Assembly (NCBI RefSeq): GCF_049554935.1
Contig: NZ_CP186926.1
Location: 896,001 to 960,000 of the forward strand
Reading direction: 5' to 3'
DNA from: Methanocaldococcus indicus
Lineage (GTDB): Archaea > AGJL01 > Methanococci > Methanococcales > Methanocaldococcaceae
DNA length: 64,000 nt
The notes under the pieces are model-generated. The model did not search any database. It saw only the letters and a program-made list of their open reading frames with translations, and was not told the DNA's origin. The first letter of the stretch is position 1; each line of letters starts with the position of its first letter. Positions 43,331 through 55,073 of this stretch are shown here, one piece after another. The translations under genes were made by a program, and so were the position numbers.

Positions 43331-43777
43331 ATGATAGCTGAACTAATTTTAATGAACGAGAAAGATGATGAACTAAAAGATATCTTAAAAGAATACTTAC
43401 AACTAAGGGATGAAATCAGCTATTTGGAGGATATTTTAGATAATTTATATAAGATAAATGTATCAATAAGTGAGATTAAAAGACATAGCAACATTATAAA
43501 AAATATACTTCCTAATATTTCAAAATCTACTGATATTCCTGATTATCATAATATTGTTAATTTTATTGATTGTATTGATAAGTATAATTTTAAAAATTTT
43601 GAGGAACATATAATTAAACTAAGTGGAGAAATAGAATCTTTAAAAGATAAATTTAAAAAGAAAGAAAAAGAATTAGAAAATATATTATTAAAAAAATCTA
43701 TAAGAGATATTGGAACTGGAAATTTAGAGAAATACTTTGAGTATCTTAAAAGACATAGAGATAATTATCAGGTTTAA
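43331..43777 (+). CDS. Hypothetical coiled-coil protein
   Basis: ORF in operon; no motif recognised; start uncertain. Confidence 0.65.
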   Translation: MIAELILMNEKDDELKDILKEYLQLRDEISYLEDILDNLYKINVSISEIKRHSNIIKNILPNISKSTDIPDYHNIVNFIDCIDKYNFKNFEEHIIKLSGEIESLKDKFKKKEKELENILLKKSIRDIGTGNLEKYFEYLKRHRDNYQV

Positions 43778-43941
43778 GTATATAGTCATACTATTTTAAA
43801 TCTATGTCCTTAACTTATGCTAATATATATAATTTTTTGTATTAATGAGTATTTATATATTCATAATAGTAGATTATATGTTAAAATTATTATATTAGAT
43901 TAAAACTTATTTTATCTAATTAAAAAATAAAAGTGAGAGTT

Positions 43942-46227
43942 ATGATAACTAAATGTCCTATATGTGATGGTACTGGAAAGAAGATAGTTGGTTATAAAAC
44001 ATGTCCTGTATGTGAGGGGACAGGGTATATTGATGAATTTTCACCAAAGAAACACATGAAGAGAGTTTCTAAGAGAGCTACTTATGATTTAGATTATGGT
44101 GAAATTCCATGTCCTAAATGTAAAGGAGAAGGAAAAATTCCAATATATGGAAAATGTGATTTTTGTGGAGGTAGTGGTAAGGTAGTTAAATGTGATAGAT
44201 GTGGTGCTATAATAGGTAAATATCCTGATTTTAAAGATAGAACTTTATGTGATAAATGTTTAAAAGAAGAAGAAGAAAGAAAAAAAGGTTTAAGAAATGT
44301 TTATATCTTTGATGAAGTAGCCACTTTCCATGATGTTGAGCCAGGAAAATTCTATAAAGGGGTTGTAACAAGAATAGAAAAATATGGAGCATTTATTAAT
44401 TTAAATGAAAAAGTTAGAGGATTGCTAAGACCAAGAGATATGGTCAGTTTGAGGTTGGAGAATTTAAAAGTTGGAGATAAGATAATAGTTCAAGCTATTG
44501 ATGTTAGACCAGATAAGAGAGAGATAGATTTTAGATATATTCCTCTATCTACCTATGACTTAGTTCAGTATGAGAAAGAGGTAGAACTATACAAGATTAA
44601 GGATATTGTTGAGAAGTTAGTAGAGATGAGAGACCAAGTAGTTAGAGTTATTGGTGAAGTTGTCCAAATAGTTCAAACACCTGGTCCTACAATATTCACT
44701 ATAACAGATGGAACTGACTTTACATGGGTAGCTGCTTTGGAAATAGCAGGATTAAGAGCTCATCCAGAGGTTAAAGTTGGAGATATTATTGAAGTTGTAG
44801 GTAGAGTAAATATAAGAGATGGAAGATTACAAATTGAAAGATTAAAGCTTAAAAAATTAGAAGGAGAAGAAGCTGAAAGAATTAAAAAAGAGATAGAGAA
44901 AGAAATAGATAAAAGAGCTGAGCCATACAATGTAGAGTTTTTAGTTAAAAGTGAAGTATTAGAGAAGTTAAGACCTAAAATGTTAGATGTGGCTAAGAGA
45001 ATAAGAAAAGCTGTTTTAGATGGAAGACCTATAATTATTAGGCATCATGCAGATACTGATGGATATTCAGGAGGATTAGCATTAGAAAAAGCTATTCTTC
45101 CAATTATTGATAAATTTGCAATTGATGTAGATGCTATATGGCACTTCTTTAAAAGAAGACCTTCAAAAGCTCCATTTTATGAGTTAGAAGATGTAACAAA
45201 AGATTTAGTATTTTCCATAGAAGATTCTTTAAAATTTGGGCAAAAACTTCCTTTAATAGTTCTTATAGATAATGGAAGTACTGATGAAGATATTCCAGCA
45301 ATTTCAAAAGCAAAGGCATATGGTATTGAAGTTATTGTTATAGACCACCACTATCCTGGAGAAGTTAAAGATGGAAAAGCTGAGATAGACGATTATGTTG
45401 ATGCACATGTTAATCCTTATTTAGTTGGTGGAGATAGCAATTTAACAGCAGGGGTTTTAGGGACAGAAATAGCAAGAATGATAAATAAAGATGTTGAAGA
45501 AGAAATAAAGCATCTTCCAGGAATTGCTGTTGTTGCAGACCATGCAAAAGGAGAAGAAGTAGAGAACTATATAAAAATTGCCTTAGATAGATTAACAGAA
45601 CTAAGTCAAAAGTATGGTAAAAAAAGAAAATATACAAGAGAGTATTTAGAAAAAATTGGATTGTGTATGGATTTTGAGGCATTCTATTTAAGATTTATGG
45701 ATGGTAAGGGAATAGTTGATGATATCTTAGCAACTAATATAAAGGACTTTGGAAGACATGAGGATTTAATTGAGATTTTATATGAGCAAGCTATGAAGAT
45801 GGTAGAAAGACAAATGAAAGCTGTTATTCCAGCTTTAAAAACAAGAGAATTAGAAAATAAAATTATTCTTAATACTTTGGATGTCGAAAAGTATGCACAT
45901 AAATTTACCTTCCCTCCTCCAGGAAAAACAACTGGATTTGCTCATGATTATATAGTCCAAAAATATGGAGAGGATAAGCCAATATTAACTCTATCTTATG
46001 GGCCTGATTTTGCTGTTGTCAGAGCAACTGATGCAGTTCATGAAAAATACAACTTCAATCTAAATCTAATAGTTGAACAACTTATGGAAGAAATTCCAGA
46101 GGCTTCTATTGATGGAGGAGGACATGAATGTGCAGGTAGCTTAAAGTTTGTTGAAGGGTATAGAGATAGAGTAATTAACAGATTTATAGAGATTATTGAA
46201 AAATTAACTCCAAAAGTAGATTTATAA
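43942..46227 (+). CDS. Archaeal RecJ-like DHH protein with DnaJ-type Zn finger, S1 and OB domains
   Basis: CxxCxGxG repeats, S1 (YGAFINL), HHADTDG, IDHH, GGGH. Confidence 0.9.
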   Translation: MITKCPICDGTGKKIVGYKTCPVCEGTGYIDEFSPKKHMKRVSKRATYDLDYGEIPCPKCKGEGKIPIYGKCDFCGGSGKVVKCDRCGAIIGKYPDFKDRTLCDKCLKEEEERKKGLRNVYIFDEVATFHDVEPGKFYKGVVTRIEKYGAFINLNEKVRGLLRPRDMVSLRLENLKVGDKIIVQAIDVRPDKREIDFRYIPLSTYDLVQYEKEVELYKIKDIVEKLVEMRDQVVRVIGEVVQIVQTPGPTIFTITDGTDFTWVAALEIAGLRAHPEVKVGDIIEVVGRVNIRDGRLQIERLKLKKLEGEEAERIKKEIEKEIDKRAEPYNVEFLVKSEVLEKLRPKMLDVAKRIRKAVLDGRPIIIRHHADTDGYSGGLALEKAILPIIDKFAIDVDAIWHFFKRRPSKAPFYELEDVTKDLVFSIEDSLKFGQKLPLIVLIDNGSTDEDIPAISKAKAYGIEVIVIDHHYPGEVKDGKAEIDDYVDAHVNPYLVGGDSNLTAGVLGTEIARMINKDVEEEIKHLPGIAVVADHAKGEEVENYIKIALDRLTELSQKYGKKRKYTREYLEKIGLCMDFEAFYLRFMDGKGIVDDILATNIKDFGRHEDLIEILYEQAMKMVERQMKAVIPALKTRELENKIILNTLDVEKYAHKFTFPPPGKTTGFAHDYIVQKYGEDKPILTLSYGPDFAVVRATDAVHEKYNFNLNLIVEQLMEEIPEASIDGGGHECAGSLKFVEGYRDRVINRFIEIIEKLTPKVDL

Positions 46228-46551
46228 TTTATCCTTAATTTTAAGTAAGATATAAATAGCTTCTCCAATTTCTTTAATTCTACTAACTTCATCCTCTTTT
46301 TCCAACTTATCAATTAAATATATTATTTTATTATTAATTATTCTATTCATATTATTAGATAGTTCTATATTATCATATTTTTTAAGTTTAATATCTTTAT
46401 TTGTGGATTTTTTACTTATACTTTCACAAACTACACAGTAAATTCTACCATTCTTCTCTAATAGAGGATATCCACACTTTTCACAGTGTTTTGATAGCAT
46501 CTTAGCTCCTTTTAATAACTCTTTTGAGATTAGTTTCATCTCTTCATTCAT
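46222..46551 (-). CDS. Zn-ribbon protein (SSSCA1/UPF0148 family)
   Basis: LLKGAKMLSKHCEKCGYPL..YCVVC. Confidence 0.85.
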   Translation of the reverse strand: MNEEMKLISKELLKGAKMLSKHCEKCGYPLLEKNGRIYCVVCESISKKSTNKDIKLKKYDNIELSNNMNRIINNKIIYLIDKLEKEDEVSRIKEIGEAIYILLKIKDKL

Positions 46552-46708
46552 AATATCACCAATAATCATAATAAATAGTAATAATAAAGAACATTTTTGA
46601 ACATATTTGAAAAATTACTCCCTTATATTTATTTTTTTAAAGTCAATGAAAATATAAATCTTTTTTAATAAAGTTATAGATATAACCAGGATTATTGAGG
46701 TGTCTATT

Positions 46709-47917
46709 ATGGAAATTAGCCCAACAACAAGACATGAAGGGCATGGTAAATTAATTTTAGATGTTGATGATGATGGAATAGTAAAAAAAGCTTATTTTAT
46801 AAATACTACACCTGTAAGAGGATTTGAGACAATAGTTAAAGGTAAGCCAGTAGAATTTGCACCTATTGCCGTTATGAGAATCTGTGGAATTTGTCAAACA
46901 ACTCATGCAATAGCAAGCTGTGAAGCTATTGAGCATGCATTAGATATTGAAGTTCCAGAAGATGGTTTATTGTTAAGAGAATTAGTAGGATTAGGAAATA
47001 GAATGCATTCACATCCATTACACCACTTCTTAACATTTGATGACTTTGTTAAGAGTGATGAAGAAAAAATAGAATTAATAAAATTAGTCCAAAAGATGAG
47101 AAGAGTTGCTCAGTTAATTGTTGATGTTGTAGGAGGAGAAGGAATACATCCTCCAAATATAGTAGTTGGAGGAATGAAAGAAAATATAACTGAAAGAGCA
47201 AAATCTAAAATCTACTATGCATTAAAAGAATTTGAAAAAGATGCTTATACTATTTATGAGAAATATGTTGAAATGATAGAGAACTATTTAGAAGAAATTG
47301 GAATTCCTGACTTAGGAGCTCATAATTATCCATATATTGCAACTCACACAACTTATGGAGACAGATATGCAATAGATTGGAACAATGTTGTTGAGATTCC
47401 TCCACAAAGATACTATGAAGATAAAAAAATAGCTCTTCAAACATCTGTAAATATCCCATTATATAATGGAGTTCCATGTGAAGGAGGACCAAGAGCAAGA
47501 TTAGCTAAATTTGCCAACTTTAAAGTTGGTGGTAGTGCTTTAGATATTAACATAGCAAGAGCAAAAGAGAACTTAGGGGCAGTTTATAGAGCATTTGAGA
47601 TTTTAGATGAATTAAACATTTATGGAAAAACAAGAGCAGAATATGACTACAAAGATGGGTTTGGAATAGGTGTTCATGAAGCTCCAAGAGCAACTAACAC
47701 ACATATGGTAGAAGTAGGTAAAGATGGAAAAGTTAAAAGCTACAACATCATAGCTGCTTCAACATGGAACTTCCCAATAGTTGAGAAAGCAATTGAAGGT
47801 TATCCTCATCAATATGCAGAAGTAATTCTAAGAGCTTATGATATATGAGCTTCATGTGCAACCCACATAATAGTTAAAGAAGATAATAGAGTTATAGAGA
47901 AAAGAGAGTTCTTATAA
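46709..47917 (+). CDS. fruA: F420-reducing [NiFeSe] hydrogenase alpha subunit (Sec at TGA 47846-47848)
   Basis: RICGIC N-terminal motif; readthrough gives YDI-U-ASCATH plus a cleavable tail ending at TAA 47915-47917; SECIS follows. Confidence 0.95.
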
Positions 47918-47918
47918 G

Positions 47919-47954
47919 TCCCAAAGGGGAACCCTATATAGGGACCCTTTGGGA
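47919..47954 (+). promoter_or_regulatory. Archaeal SECIS element of fruA
   Basis: TCCCAAAGGG-GAA-CCCT-ATAT-AGGG-A-CCCTTTGGGA. Confidence 0.92.
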
Positions 47955-47975
47955 AAAACCTTTTGGAGGAAAAAG

Positions 47976-48467
47976 ATGATTCCTGACTATCTTAACAAAG
48001 AAATTTTAATTCTTGGATGTGGAAACTTATTATTTGGTGATGATGGATTTGGATATTTTGTAGTGGAGAAATTAAATAAAATTCTTTCTGAGAAGGAAAA
48101 AGAGAATATCTCTATATTAGATGTTGGTACTGGGGCTGGAAGTATTTTAACACTCTTAGACAAAGATACCAAAGTAAAAAAGATTATTGTTGTAGATGTT
48201 ATAGATTATGGACTAAAACCTGGAGAAATAAAAGTTTTAGATGTAAATGATTTGCCAGATATTGAATATGACAGAACAGATGCACACGGTTGGAAACTAT
48301 CATCAATATTGAAAGATATTCATGCAACATTAGGAATAGAGATTAAAGTTATTGGCTGTCAAGCTAAATACATTCCTGCCCCAGATGTTAAAATAGGATT
48401 AAGTGAAGAAGTTGAAAAAGCTGTTGATAAAGCTGTTGAGATAATACTCAAAGAATTAGGTGATTGA
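47976..48467 (+). CDS. fruD: Hydrogenase maturation protease
   Basis: [13 protein letters not shown]; GGAGG RBS before ATG 47976. Confidence 0.92.
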   Translation: MIPDYLNKEILILGCGNLLFGDDGFGYFVVEKLNKILSEKEKENISILDVGTGAGSILTLLDKDTKVKKIIVVDVIDYGLKPGEIKVLDVNDLPDIEYDRTDAHGWKLSSILKDIHATLGIEIKVIGCQAKYIPAPDVKIGLSEEVEKAVDKAVEIILKELGD

Positions 48468-48468
48468 T

Positions 48469-49152
48469 ATGGTTAAGGTAGTTTATCTACAATTATCAAG
48501 TTGTTGTGGATGTTTAATATCCTTAACAGATACTTATGAGAAGTTATTAGATGTTTTAGGAAAGATAGAGCTAATATACTGTCAGACAATAATGGATGAA
48601 AGAGAAATTAAAGAGTGTGATATAGCATTAGTTGAGGGTAGTGTTTGTTTAGAAGACCATCATTCAGTTGAATTAGCAAAAGAAATAAGAGAAAAAGCTA
48701 AGATAGTTGTTGCCTTAGGAGCTTGTGCAGCTTTTGGTGGAGTAACAAGATTCTGTAAAGGTAATCAACCACCTAAGCCAGTCCATACATCATTTTTACC
48801 ATTATCAAGAGTTATAAAAGTAGATTTAGCTATTCCAGGTTGTCCTCCATCACCAGAGCAAATAGTAAGAGTTATTGAGGCAGCATTATCAGGAGATACT
48901 GTTTATTTAGAGCCATTTGTAGAGTTAGCTAAAAATCCAGAAGTATGTGGATGTGATTTAATAACAAAGGTAGTAAATAAAGCTAAATGTATGGGCTGTG
49001 GAACTTGTTCTGCTGCATGTCCTACAAGAGCTATTGAAATGATAGATGGAAAACCAGTTGTAACCACATCATTGTGTATAAAATGTGGAGTTTGTTCATT
49101 CCAGTGTCCAAGAATTAAGTTTCCAGATTTCTTAAATGAAATAGAGGGATAA
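48469..49152 (+). CDS. fruG: F420-reducing hydrogenase gamma subunit
   Basis: SSCCGC, GACA, PGCPP, ferredoxin motifs. Confidence 0.93.
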   Translation: MVKVVYLQLSSCCGCLISLTDTYEKLLDVLGKIELIYCQTIMDEREIKECDIALVEGSVCLEDHHSVELAKEIREKAKIVVALGACAAFGGVTRFCKGNQPPKPVHTSFLPLSRVIKVDLAIPGCPPSPEQIVRVIEAALSGDTVYLEPFVELAKNPEVCGCDLITKVVNKAKCMGCGTCSAACPTRAIEMIDGKPVVTTSLCIKCGVCSFQCPRIKFPDFLNEIEG

Positions 49153-49154
49153 AT

Positions 49155-49994
49155 ATGGAAGTATTAGGAAAATATAGAAAGATAATATCAGCTAAATCAA
49201 CACTTCCAGAAGTTTTAAAAAGAGCTCAAGATGGAGGAATAGTATCAACAGTATTTATTTATGGTTTAGAGAACAATATATTAGATGGAGTTATTGTATC
49301 TAAGAATTATGATGAATTCTATCCAATCCCAGATGTAGCCACAACTCCTGAAGAGGTTTTAGAAGCTGCTGGAACAAAATATTCAATATCTCCGAATATA
49401 TCAGTTTTAAAAAAAGCTGCAAGAGTGTATGGATGTGAAAAAATAGGAGTTGTTGGAACTCCATGTCAAATAAGAGCTACAAGAAAACTAATGGCATATC
49501 CAGCAGGATTTAGACATATATCTGATAAAATTGCTTTATTGATTGGTATATTCTGTATGGAAAACTTCCCTTATGAAGGTTTAAGAATAATTGTTGAAGA
49601 GTTATGTGGAGTTAAAATGGAAGATGTTGTTAAGTTAGATATAGGAAAAGGTAAGTTTTGGGTATATACAAAATGGGGAGAAACAAAAGCAATAAAATTA
49701 AAAGAAACTCATGCTTATGAGTCATCTGCATGTCATGTCTGTACAGATTATACAGCAGAATTAGCAGATATTTCAACAGGTTCAGTTGGAAGTCCAGATG
49801 GATGGAGTACTGTAATTATAAGAACAGAAAAAGGAGAAGAAATTATAAATAGTATGATAGAACAAGGTTATCTAAAAGTTAAACCAATTGAAGAAGTTAA
49901 GCCAGGAATAGGATTAGTAGAGAAGTTGGCTAAAACTAAAAAAGAGAAAAATATGAAAGAGATAGAAGAAAGAAAATCATTAGGCATCTTCTAA
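49155..49994 (+). CDS. fruB: F420-reducing hydrogenase beta subunit
   Basis: [25 protein letters not shown]. Confidence 0.95.
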   Translation: MEVLGKYRKIISAKSTLPEVLKRAQDGGIVSTVFIYGLENNILDGVIVSKNYDEFYPIPDVATTPEEVLEAAGTKYSISPNISVLKKAARVYGCEKIGVVGTPCQIRATRKLMAYPAGFRHISDKIALLIGIFCMENFPYEGLRIIVEELCGVKMEDVVKLDIGKGKFWVYTKWGETKAIKLKETHAYESSACHVCTDYTAELADISTGSVGSPDGWSTVIIRTEKGEEIINSMIEQGYLKVKPIEEVKPGIGLVEKLAKTKKEKNMKEIEERKSLGIF

Positions 49995-50020
49995 TAATAA
50001 ACTTTTTTTTGGTTTTTTAT

Positions 50021-50587
50021 ATGTATCCAAAAAGGATAGATATAATTAAAAAAATAGTTGAAAATGTTAAAGATGATATAATTGTCTCAAATATTGGATT
50101 TCCTTCAAAGGAACTGTATAAAATTAAAGACAGAGAAAGAAATTTTTATATGCTTGGTTCCATGGGATTAGCTTCATCTATTGGATTAGGTTTAGCTTTG
50201 AATGTTAAAGATAAAGTTGTTGTTATTGATGGTGATGGCTCTATTCTTATGAACATGGGCAGTTTATCAACTATCTCCTATTTATCTCCAAAAAATCTAA
50301 TTTTGGTTGTTGTTGATAACTCAGCCTATGGCTCAACAGGAAATCAGAAGACACATACTACTAAAATTGATTTGGAAAAAGTGGCAAGAGGTTTTAATTT
50401 AGATGCAACAACAACAAAAACATTGGAAGAATTTGAAAGAGAATTCAAAAAAGCTTTAAAAGAAGATAAATGTAAAGTTATTATTGCAAAAGCTATCCCA
50501 TACAATGAAAAATGTGAAAATATAAAATTAAGTCCAATAATGATAAAAGAGAGATTTATGGAAGCTATAAAAGATAGTAGTATTTAG
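50021..50587 (+). CDS. comE: Sulfopyruvate decarboxylase beta subunit
   Basis: NFYMLGSMGLA, DGDGSILMN TPP motif. Confidence 0.93.
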   Translation: MYPKRIDIIKKIVENVKDDIIVSNIGFPSKELYKIKDRERNFYMLGSMGLASSIGLGLALNVKDKVVVIDGDGSILMNMGSLSTISYLSPKNLILVVVDNSAYGSTGNQKTHTTKIDLEKVARGFNLDATTTKTLEEFEREFKKALKEDKCKVIIAKAIPYNEKCENIKLSPIMIKERFMEAIKDSSI

Positions 50588-51080
50588 ATAACCAATCAAC
50601 TATTCCTTTTCTTTCTTTTTTATGCTTTATTGCATCTAAGATTTCATCTACAATTTCATCTACTTTTTTGTTTGTTGTATCTATTTCATAAACCTTTCCT
50701 TTACTTTCACATAAACAAACATCTAATAATTCTGCCTGAACATTTTCCATAACTTTCTTCTTATTATAATTTCTTTTTTCTAATCTTTCTTTTATAATTA
50801 AAGGATTACATCTTAAAACAATTGTATAATCTACATCTAAAAGATGAGAAACATGTCCATCTAATATAATAATATCTTCATCTTTAAACTTTTTTAAAAA
50901 ATCTTTTAGTTTTTCAAAATCTATTAAATAACTATCCATATCTTCACAGTACTCTTTATACAGCTTATATTTTTTAACCACTTCAGTTATATCTATATGC
51001 TTAGCTTTTAATTTCTTAGCTAATTCTTTTGATATAGTTGTTTTTCCTACTCCTGGAGTGCCAGTTATTGCTATTATCAT
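50565..51080 (-). CDS. Adenylate kinase, AK6/Fap7 type
   Basis: TGTPGVGKTT, DGH, ENVQAE. Confidence 0.88.
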   Translation of the reverse strand: MIIAITGTPGVGKTTISKELAKKLKAKHIDITEVVKKYKLYKEYCEDMDSYLIDFEKLKDFLKKFKDEDIIILDGHVSHLLDVDYTIVLRCNPLIIKERLEKRNYNKKKVMENVQAELLDVCLCESKGKVYEIDTTNKKVDEIVDEILDAIKHKKERKGIVDWLSKYYYLL

Positions 51081-51541
51081 TATTCAACACATTCAGCGTC
51101 ATTTACAATATTTGATACATACTTATCAATTTCAGCATCTTTATAGGCAAGTATAACATTTTCAGCAATAAATCCTAATTTATATCCTAATATTACCATA
51201 TAGTCCTTAAAATCAATCAATTCTTTTGCTATTGCTTCTTCAGGAGCTTCTTCCAAGTTTATTAAAATTATGTTATATTTATCTACTTTTCTCTTTATTT
51301 CTTCAAAATCTAATGGATGCTTAATTCTTACAACATAGATTTTTGGTGGTATTTTAACTTCTTTAACAACTTCTTTAATTATCTCTTTAGGTTTTTCTTC
51401 TTCAACTTTTTTTATTATTAAAGGTTCTTTGTCTTCCTCAGGAGTAATTTCAATTGTTTCATACTCCTCGCTTTCTACTGGAACTGGTTTAGGAACATCT
51501 TTATTCCCTTTTAAAATTTTTAAGATATTTTTTAAAGCCAT
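51080..51541 (-). CDS. sepF: SepF-like cell division protein
   Basis: C-terminal domain pattern; weak recognition. Confidence 0.55.
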   Translation of the reverse strand: MALKNILKILKGNKDVPKPVPVESEEYETIEITPEEDKEPLIIKKVEEEKPKEIIKEVVKEVKIPPKIYVVRIKHPLDFEEIKRKVDKYNIILINLEEAPEEAIAKELIDFKDYMVILGYKLGFIAENVILAYKDAEIDKYVSNIVNDAECVE

Positions 51542-51545
51542 AATA

Positions 51546-53336
51546 TCACTCCACAGTTACACTTTTAGCTAAACCTCTTGGTTTATCTACATCTCTTTTT
51601 AGTTGGACTGCTTTATAATAAGCTAAGAGTTGGTATGCAGGTGCATAAACTATTGGAGAAATCTCTTCTAAAACATTAGGAACTGTTATATTATCACAAT
51701 CATTTATTTTTATAGGAGTTACTGCAATAACTCTACCATTTCTTGCTCTTACTTCTTCAATATTTGATAATATAGAACTAAAAACTTTTGAATCTTTTGG
51801 AGGAACTATTGCAATAGTGTCAAAATTCTCATCTATTAGTGAGATAGTTCCATGCTTTAACATTCCTGCACTCATACCTTCAGCATGTAAATATGTAATC
51901 TCCTTAAATTTTAAAGCACCTTCTAAGGCACTTACTAAGTTAATACCTTTTGAAATAAATATATAGTTTTGTGCTTTTAAACTTTCTGCTATATTTTTTA
52001 TATGCTCACTTTGATTTAATACCTCTTTTATGTAGTTAGGAATTTTATTTATAACCTGTTCATATTTATTCATATTCCTATCTTTTATTTTTCCATACTC
52101 TAAAAATAATCTATATATTATCATTAATTGAGATGTAAATGTTTTAGTTGCACAGACAGCTATCTCTATTCCTGCCCCCATCAATATAGGGATATCTACA
52201 ATTCTTGTAGCAGTTGAACCAATAACATTAACTATTGCAGCAGTTTTGGCTCCTTTTTCTTTTGCATATTTTAAAGCTTTTAATGTATCATAAGTTTCTC
52301 CACTCTGAGTAATTCCTACAACTAATGTGTCATTATCTACAACACTCTTATTTAAAAATTCAGATGCATCCTCAGCTTTAACTAATTTATTTAATTTAGA
52401 AAACAGATATTCTGCATATAAACAGGCATGATAAGATGTCCCAGCCCCAACAAAATAGACTTTATTAAATTTATCTATTAATTTAGCTACTTCTTTAATT
52501 TCTTCACTTGATATTTTGGCAGATACTTTTATAGTTTCTGGTTGTTCAAAAATTTCTTTAAGCATGAAATGAGGAAATCCTTGCTTTTCTGCTTGTTCAA
52601 TATTCCATTTAATCTCTATTTCTTTTCTTTTAACTATTTTGCCATTGTTTTCAATATAATAACTATTATTTTTTACAACAACTATATCTCCATCTTCTAA
52701 TGGAACTGCTCTATTTGTGTAATCTAAAAAAGCAGTTACATCACTACCTAAGAAAAACTCATTCTCACCAATACCTAAAATAAGAGGACTCTCATATCTT
52801 GCTCCAATCAACAAATTAGGAAAATCTTTGTTAATTATTGATAGAGCATAACTTCCTTTAATCTTCTTTAATGCATTTTTAACAGCTTTTATATAATTCT
52901 CTTCATTGTATTCATCAAACTTATTTAATTCTTCCTCTATTAAATGAGCTATAACCTCTGTATCTGTCTCTGATTTGAATTTATGACCTTTTTTTATTAA
53001 TTCTTCTTTAAGTTCCTTATAGTTTGTTATAATTCCATTATGAACTATTGCTATCCTATCTAAACAATCTGTATGTGGATGTGCATTTTCTTTACTAACC
53101 TTACCATGTGTAGCCCATCTATTATGTCCTATCCCTATATTTCCTTCAATTTCTAAAAATCCTTCTTTTTTAGCAACCTCCTCAACTTTCCCAACATCCT
53201 TCTTAATAATTAACTTATTATTATTTACAACTCCAATACCACAACTATCATAACCTCTATACTCCAATCTTTTTAATCCTCTATATAATACTTCTGAGGC
53301 TTTTCTTTTTCCAATATATCCAATGATACCACACAT
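51546..53336 (-). CDS. glmS: Glutamine-fructose-6-phosphate transaminase
   Basis: MCGIIG, RWATHG, PRGLAKSVTVE. Confidence 0.97.
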   Translation of the reverse strand: MCGIIGYIGKRKASEVLYRGLKRLEYRGYDSCGIGVVNNNKLIIKKDVGKVEEVAKKEGFLEIEGNIGIGHNRWATHGKVSKENAHPHTDCLDRIAIVHNGIITNYKELKEELIKKGHKFKSETDTEVIAHLIEEELNKFDEYNEENYIKAVKNALKKIKGSYALSIINKDFPNLLIGARYESPLILGIGENEFFLGSDVTAFLDYTNRAVPLEDGDIVVVKNNSYYIENNGKIVKRKEIEIKWNIEQAEKQGFPHFMLKEIFEQPETIKVSAKISSEEIKEVAKLIDKFNKVYFVGAGTSYHACLYAEYLFSKLNKLVKAEDASEFLNKSVVDNDTLVVGITQSGETYDTLKALKYAKEKGAKTAAIVNVIGSTATRIVDIPILMGAGIEIAVCATKTFTSQLMIIYRLFLEYGKIKDRNMNKYEQVINKIPNYIKEVLNQSEHIKNIAESLKAQNYIFISKGINLVSALEGALKFKEITYLHAEGMSAGMLKHGTISLIDENFDTIAIVPPKDSKVFSSILSNIEEVRARNGRVIAVTPIKINDCDNITVPNVLEEISPIVYAPAYQLLAYYKAVQLKRDVDKPRGLAKSVTVE

Positions 53337-53395
53337 ATTTATCCCAAATAAAAAAATAGAGTATGATATTGAATTTATAAAATTATTAATGATTG

Positions 53396-53977
53396 TTAAT
53401 ATATAAAATTAAATGAATTAAAATTTTCTTTATTTTTTATGATATATTTTATAACTTTTTCTAAATTCTTTATTAAATCTTCATAATTATCTTCATTCAC
53501 AATCATAAAATCAGCCAGAGCTATTACCTTCCCTATCCCAAAATTCAACTCTCTCTTATCCCTCTCAACAAACTTGTCCCAACTTTTTACATCATCTTCT
53601 CTATCTCTCTCTTTGATTCTATTGAATCTTGTTAATGGGGATGAATGAATAGCTATCAAAACAAGAGGATAATGTTTCCTAAAATAATTTAACTCATCTA
53701 AGCTCCTAATTCCTTCTACAATAACAATATCTTTATTTTTAAATCTTTCTTCAATTGTTCTTAAACAAACAACTGCAATAGCTTCTTTCCCAAATTCTTC
53801 TCTTAACTTTATAGCTGTCTCACCAACATTTTTAGGATTAAGCTCTAAACCTCTTTTTATAGTCTCTTCTCTGACAACATCACCCATTGATATAATTGGA
53901 ATATTAAATTTATTTGCCACTTCAAAAATACCACTTTTTCCAGCCCCTGGCATTCCTGTTATGCCTATTAGAAGCAT
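53396..53977 (-). CDS. UPF0200 P-loop kinase (dephospho-CoA kinase-like)
   Basis: [22 protein letters not shown]. Confidence 0.82.
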   Translation of the reverse strand: MLLIGITGMPGAGKSGIFEVANKFNIPIISMGDVVREETIKRGLELNPKNVGETAIKLREEFGKEAIAVVCLRTIEERFKNKDIVIVEGIRSLDELNYFRKHYPLVLIAIHSSPLTRFNRIKERDREDDVKSWDKFVERDKRELNFGIGKVIALADFMIVNEDNYEDLIKNLEKVIKYIIKNKENFNSFNFIY

Positions 53978-53998
53978 AATCTCACTAAAAATTAAAAT

Positions 53999-54988
53999 TT
54001 AGTCTCCTCTAATTTGAAGTTTTTCTTCTAATTTCTCTATTTCTAAACCTTTCATTGGCATTCCTAACTCTCTACTAACTTCTGCTACAATCTCTGGTTT
54101 GTCATAGTTGTAAGTAGCTTCAACTATTGCCTTAGCCATTTTCAATGGATTAGATGATTTAAATATTCCTGAACCTACAAATATTCCATCACATCCTAAC
54201 ATCATCATTAAAGCTGCATCAGCTGGAGTTGCTATTCCTCCAGCAGCAAAATTAACTACTGGTAATCTACCTATCTTTTTAATTTCTAATAGTATCTTAT
54301 AAATTCCCTCAATTATCTCATTTAATGTAAAGTTATGATAAATTGGCTCACAGTCTAAGATTTCTCCTCCTAAACCTAAACTTTCTCTAACTTCTTTTGT
54401 TAATTGAGCATATCTATTAGCAAAGTTTTTAGCTATTTCATGTATAATCTCTTCATCATCAATTCTTTGTAGTTGTGAAATTGCTTCATTCATTAATCTC
54501 ATATGTCTTACAGCTTCTACAACATTTCCAGTTCCTGCCTCTCCCTTAGTTCTTATCATTGCTGCTCCTTCCCATATTCTTCTAACTGCCTCTCCTAAAT
54601 TTCTTGCTCCACATACAAATGGAACAGTGAAATCTTTTTTATATATATGGAAGTATGGGTCTGCTTGAGTTAAAACTTCACTCTCATCTATCATATCTAC
54701 TCCTATTGCCTCTAAAACTCTTGCCTCTGCAGTATGACCAATTCTACATTTAGCCATAACAGGAATTGAAACAGAGTCCATAATCTCCTCTATCAACTTA
54801 GGGTCAGACATTCTTGCTACTCCACCTTCTTTTCTAATATCTGCTGGCACTCTTTCCAAAGCCATAACTGCAACTGCTCCAGCTTCCTCAGCTATTTGAG
54901 CTTGCTCAACATTAGTAACATCCATAACTACTCCATGTTTAACCATTTTAGCAAATCCTTTCTTTAATAAATCAGTTCCTTTTTTCAT
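53999..54988 (-). CDS. pdxS: Pyridoxal 5'-phosphate synthase subunit PdxS
   Basis: [29 protein letters not shown]. Confidence 0.97.
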   Translation of the reverse strand: MKKGTDLLKKGFAKMVKHGVVMDVTNVEQAQIAEEAGAVAVMALERVPADIRKEGGVARMSDPKLIEEIMDSVSIPVMAKCRIGHTAEARVLEAIGVDMIDESEVLTQADPYFHIYKKDFTVPFVCGARNLGEAVRRIWEGAAMIRTKGEAGTGNVVEAVRHMRLMNEAISQLQRIDDEEIIHEIAKNFANRYAQLTKEVRESLGLGGEILDCEPIYHNFTLNEIIEGIYKILLEIKKIGRLPVVNFAAGGIATPADAALMMMLGCDGIFVGSGIFKSSNPLKMAKAIVEATYNYDKPEIVAEVSRELGMPMKGLEIEKLEEKLQIRGD

Positions 54989-55073
54989 AATATCCCTCCA
55001 AAAGTATTCCAAAACTTATATAAATTTAAATTAACATAAGAAATATATATAAATAACCATTTGGGTGAGTAAA

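Noticed and set aside
46700-47848. fruA as a truncated pseudogene
   Set aside because: The TGA sits at the Sec ligand position and a SECIS follows
47949-47975. TTG start of fruD from the ORF track
   Set aside because: Lies within the SECIS stem; ATG 47976 has a proper RBS
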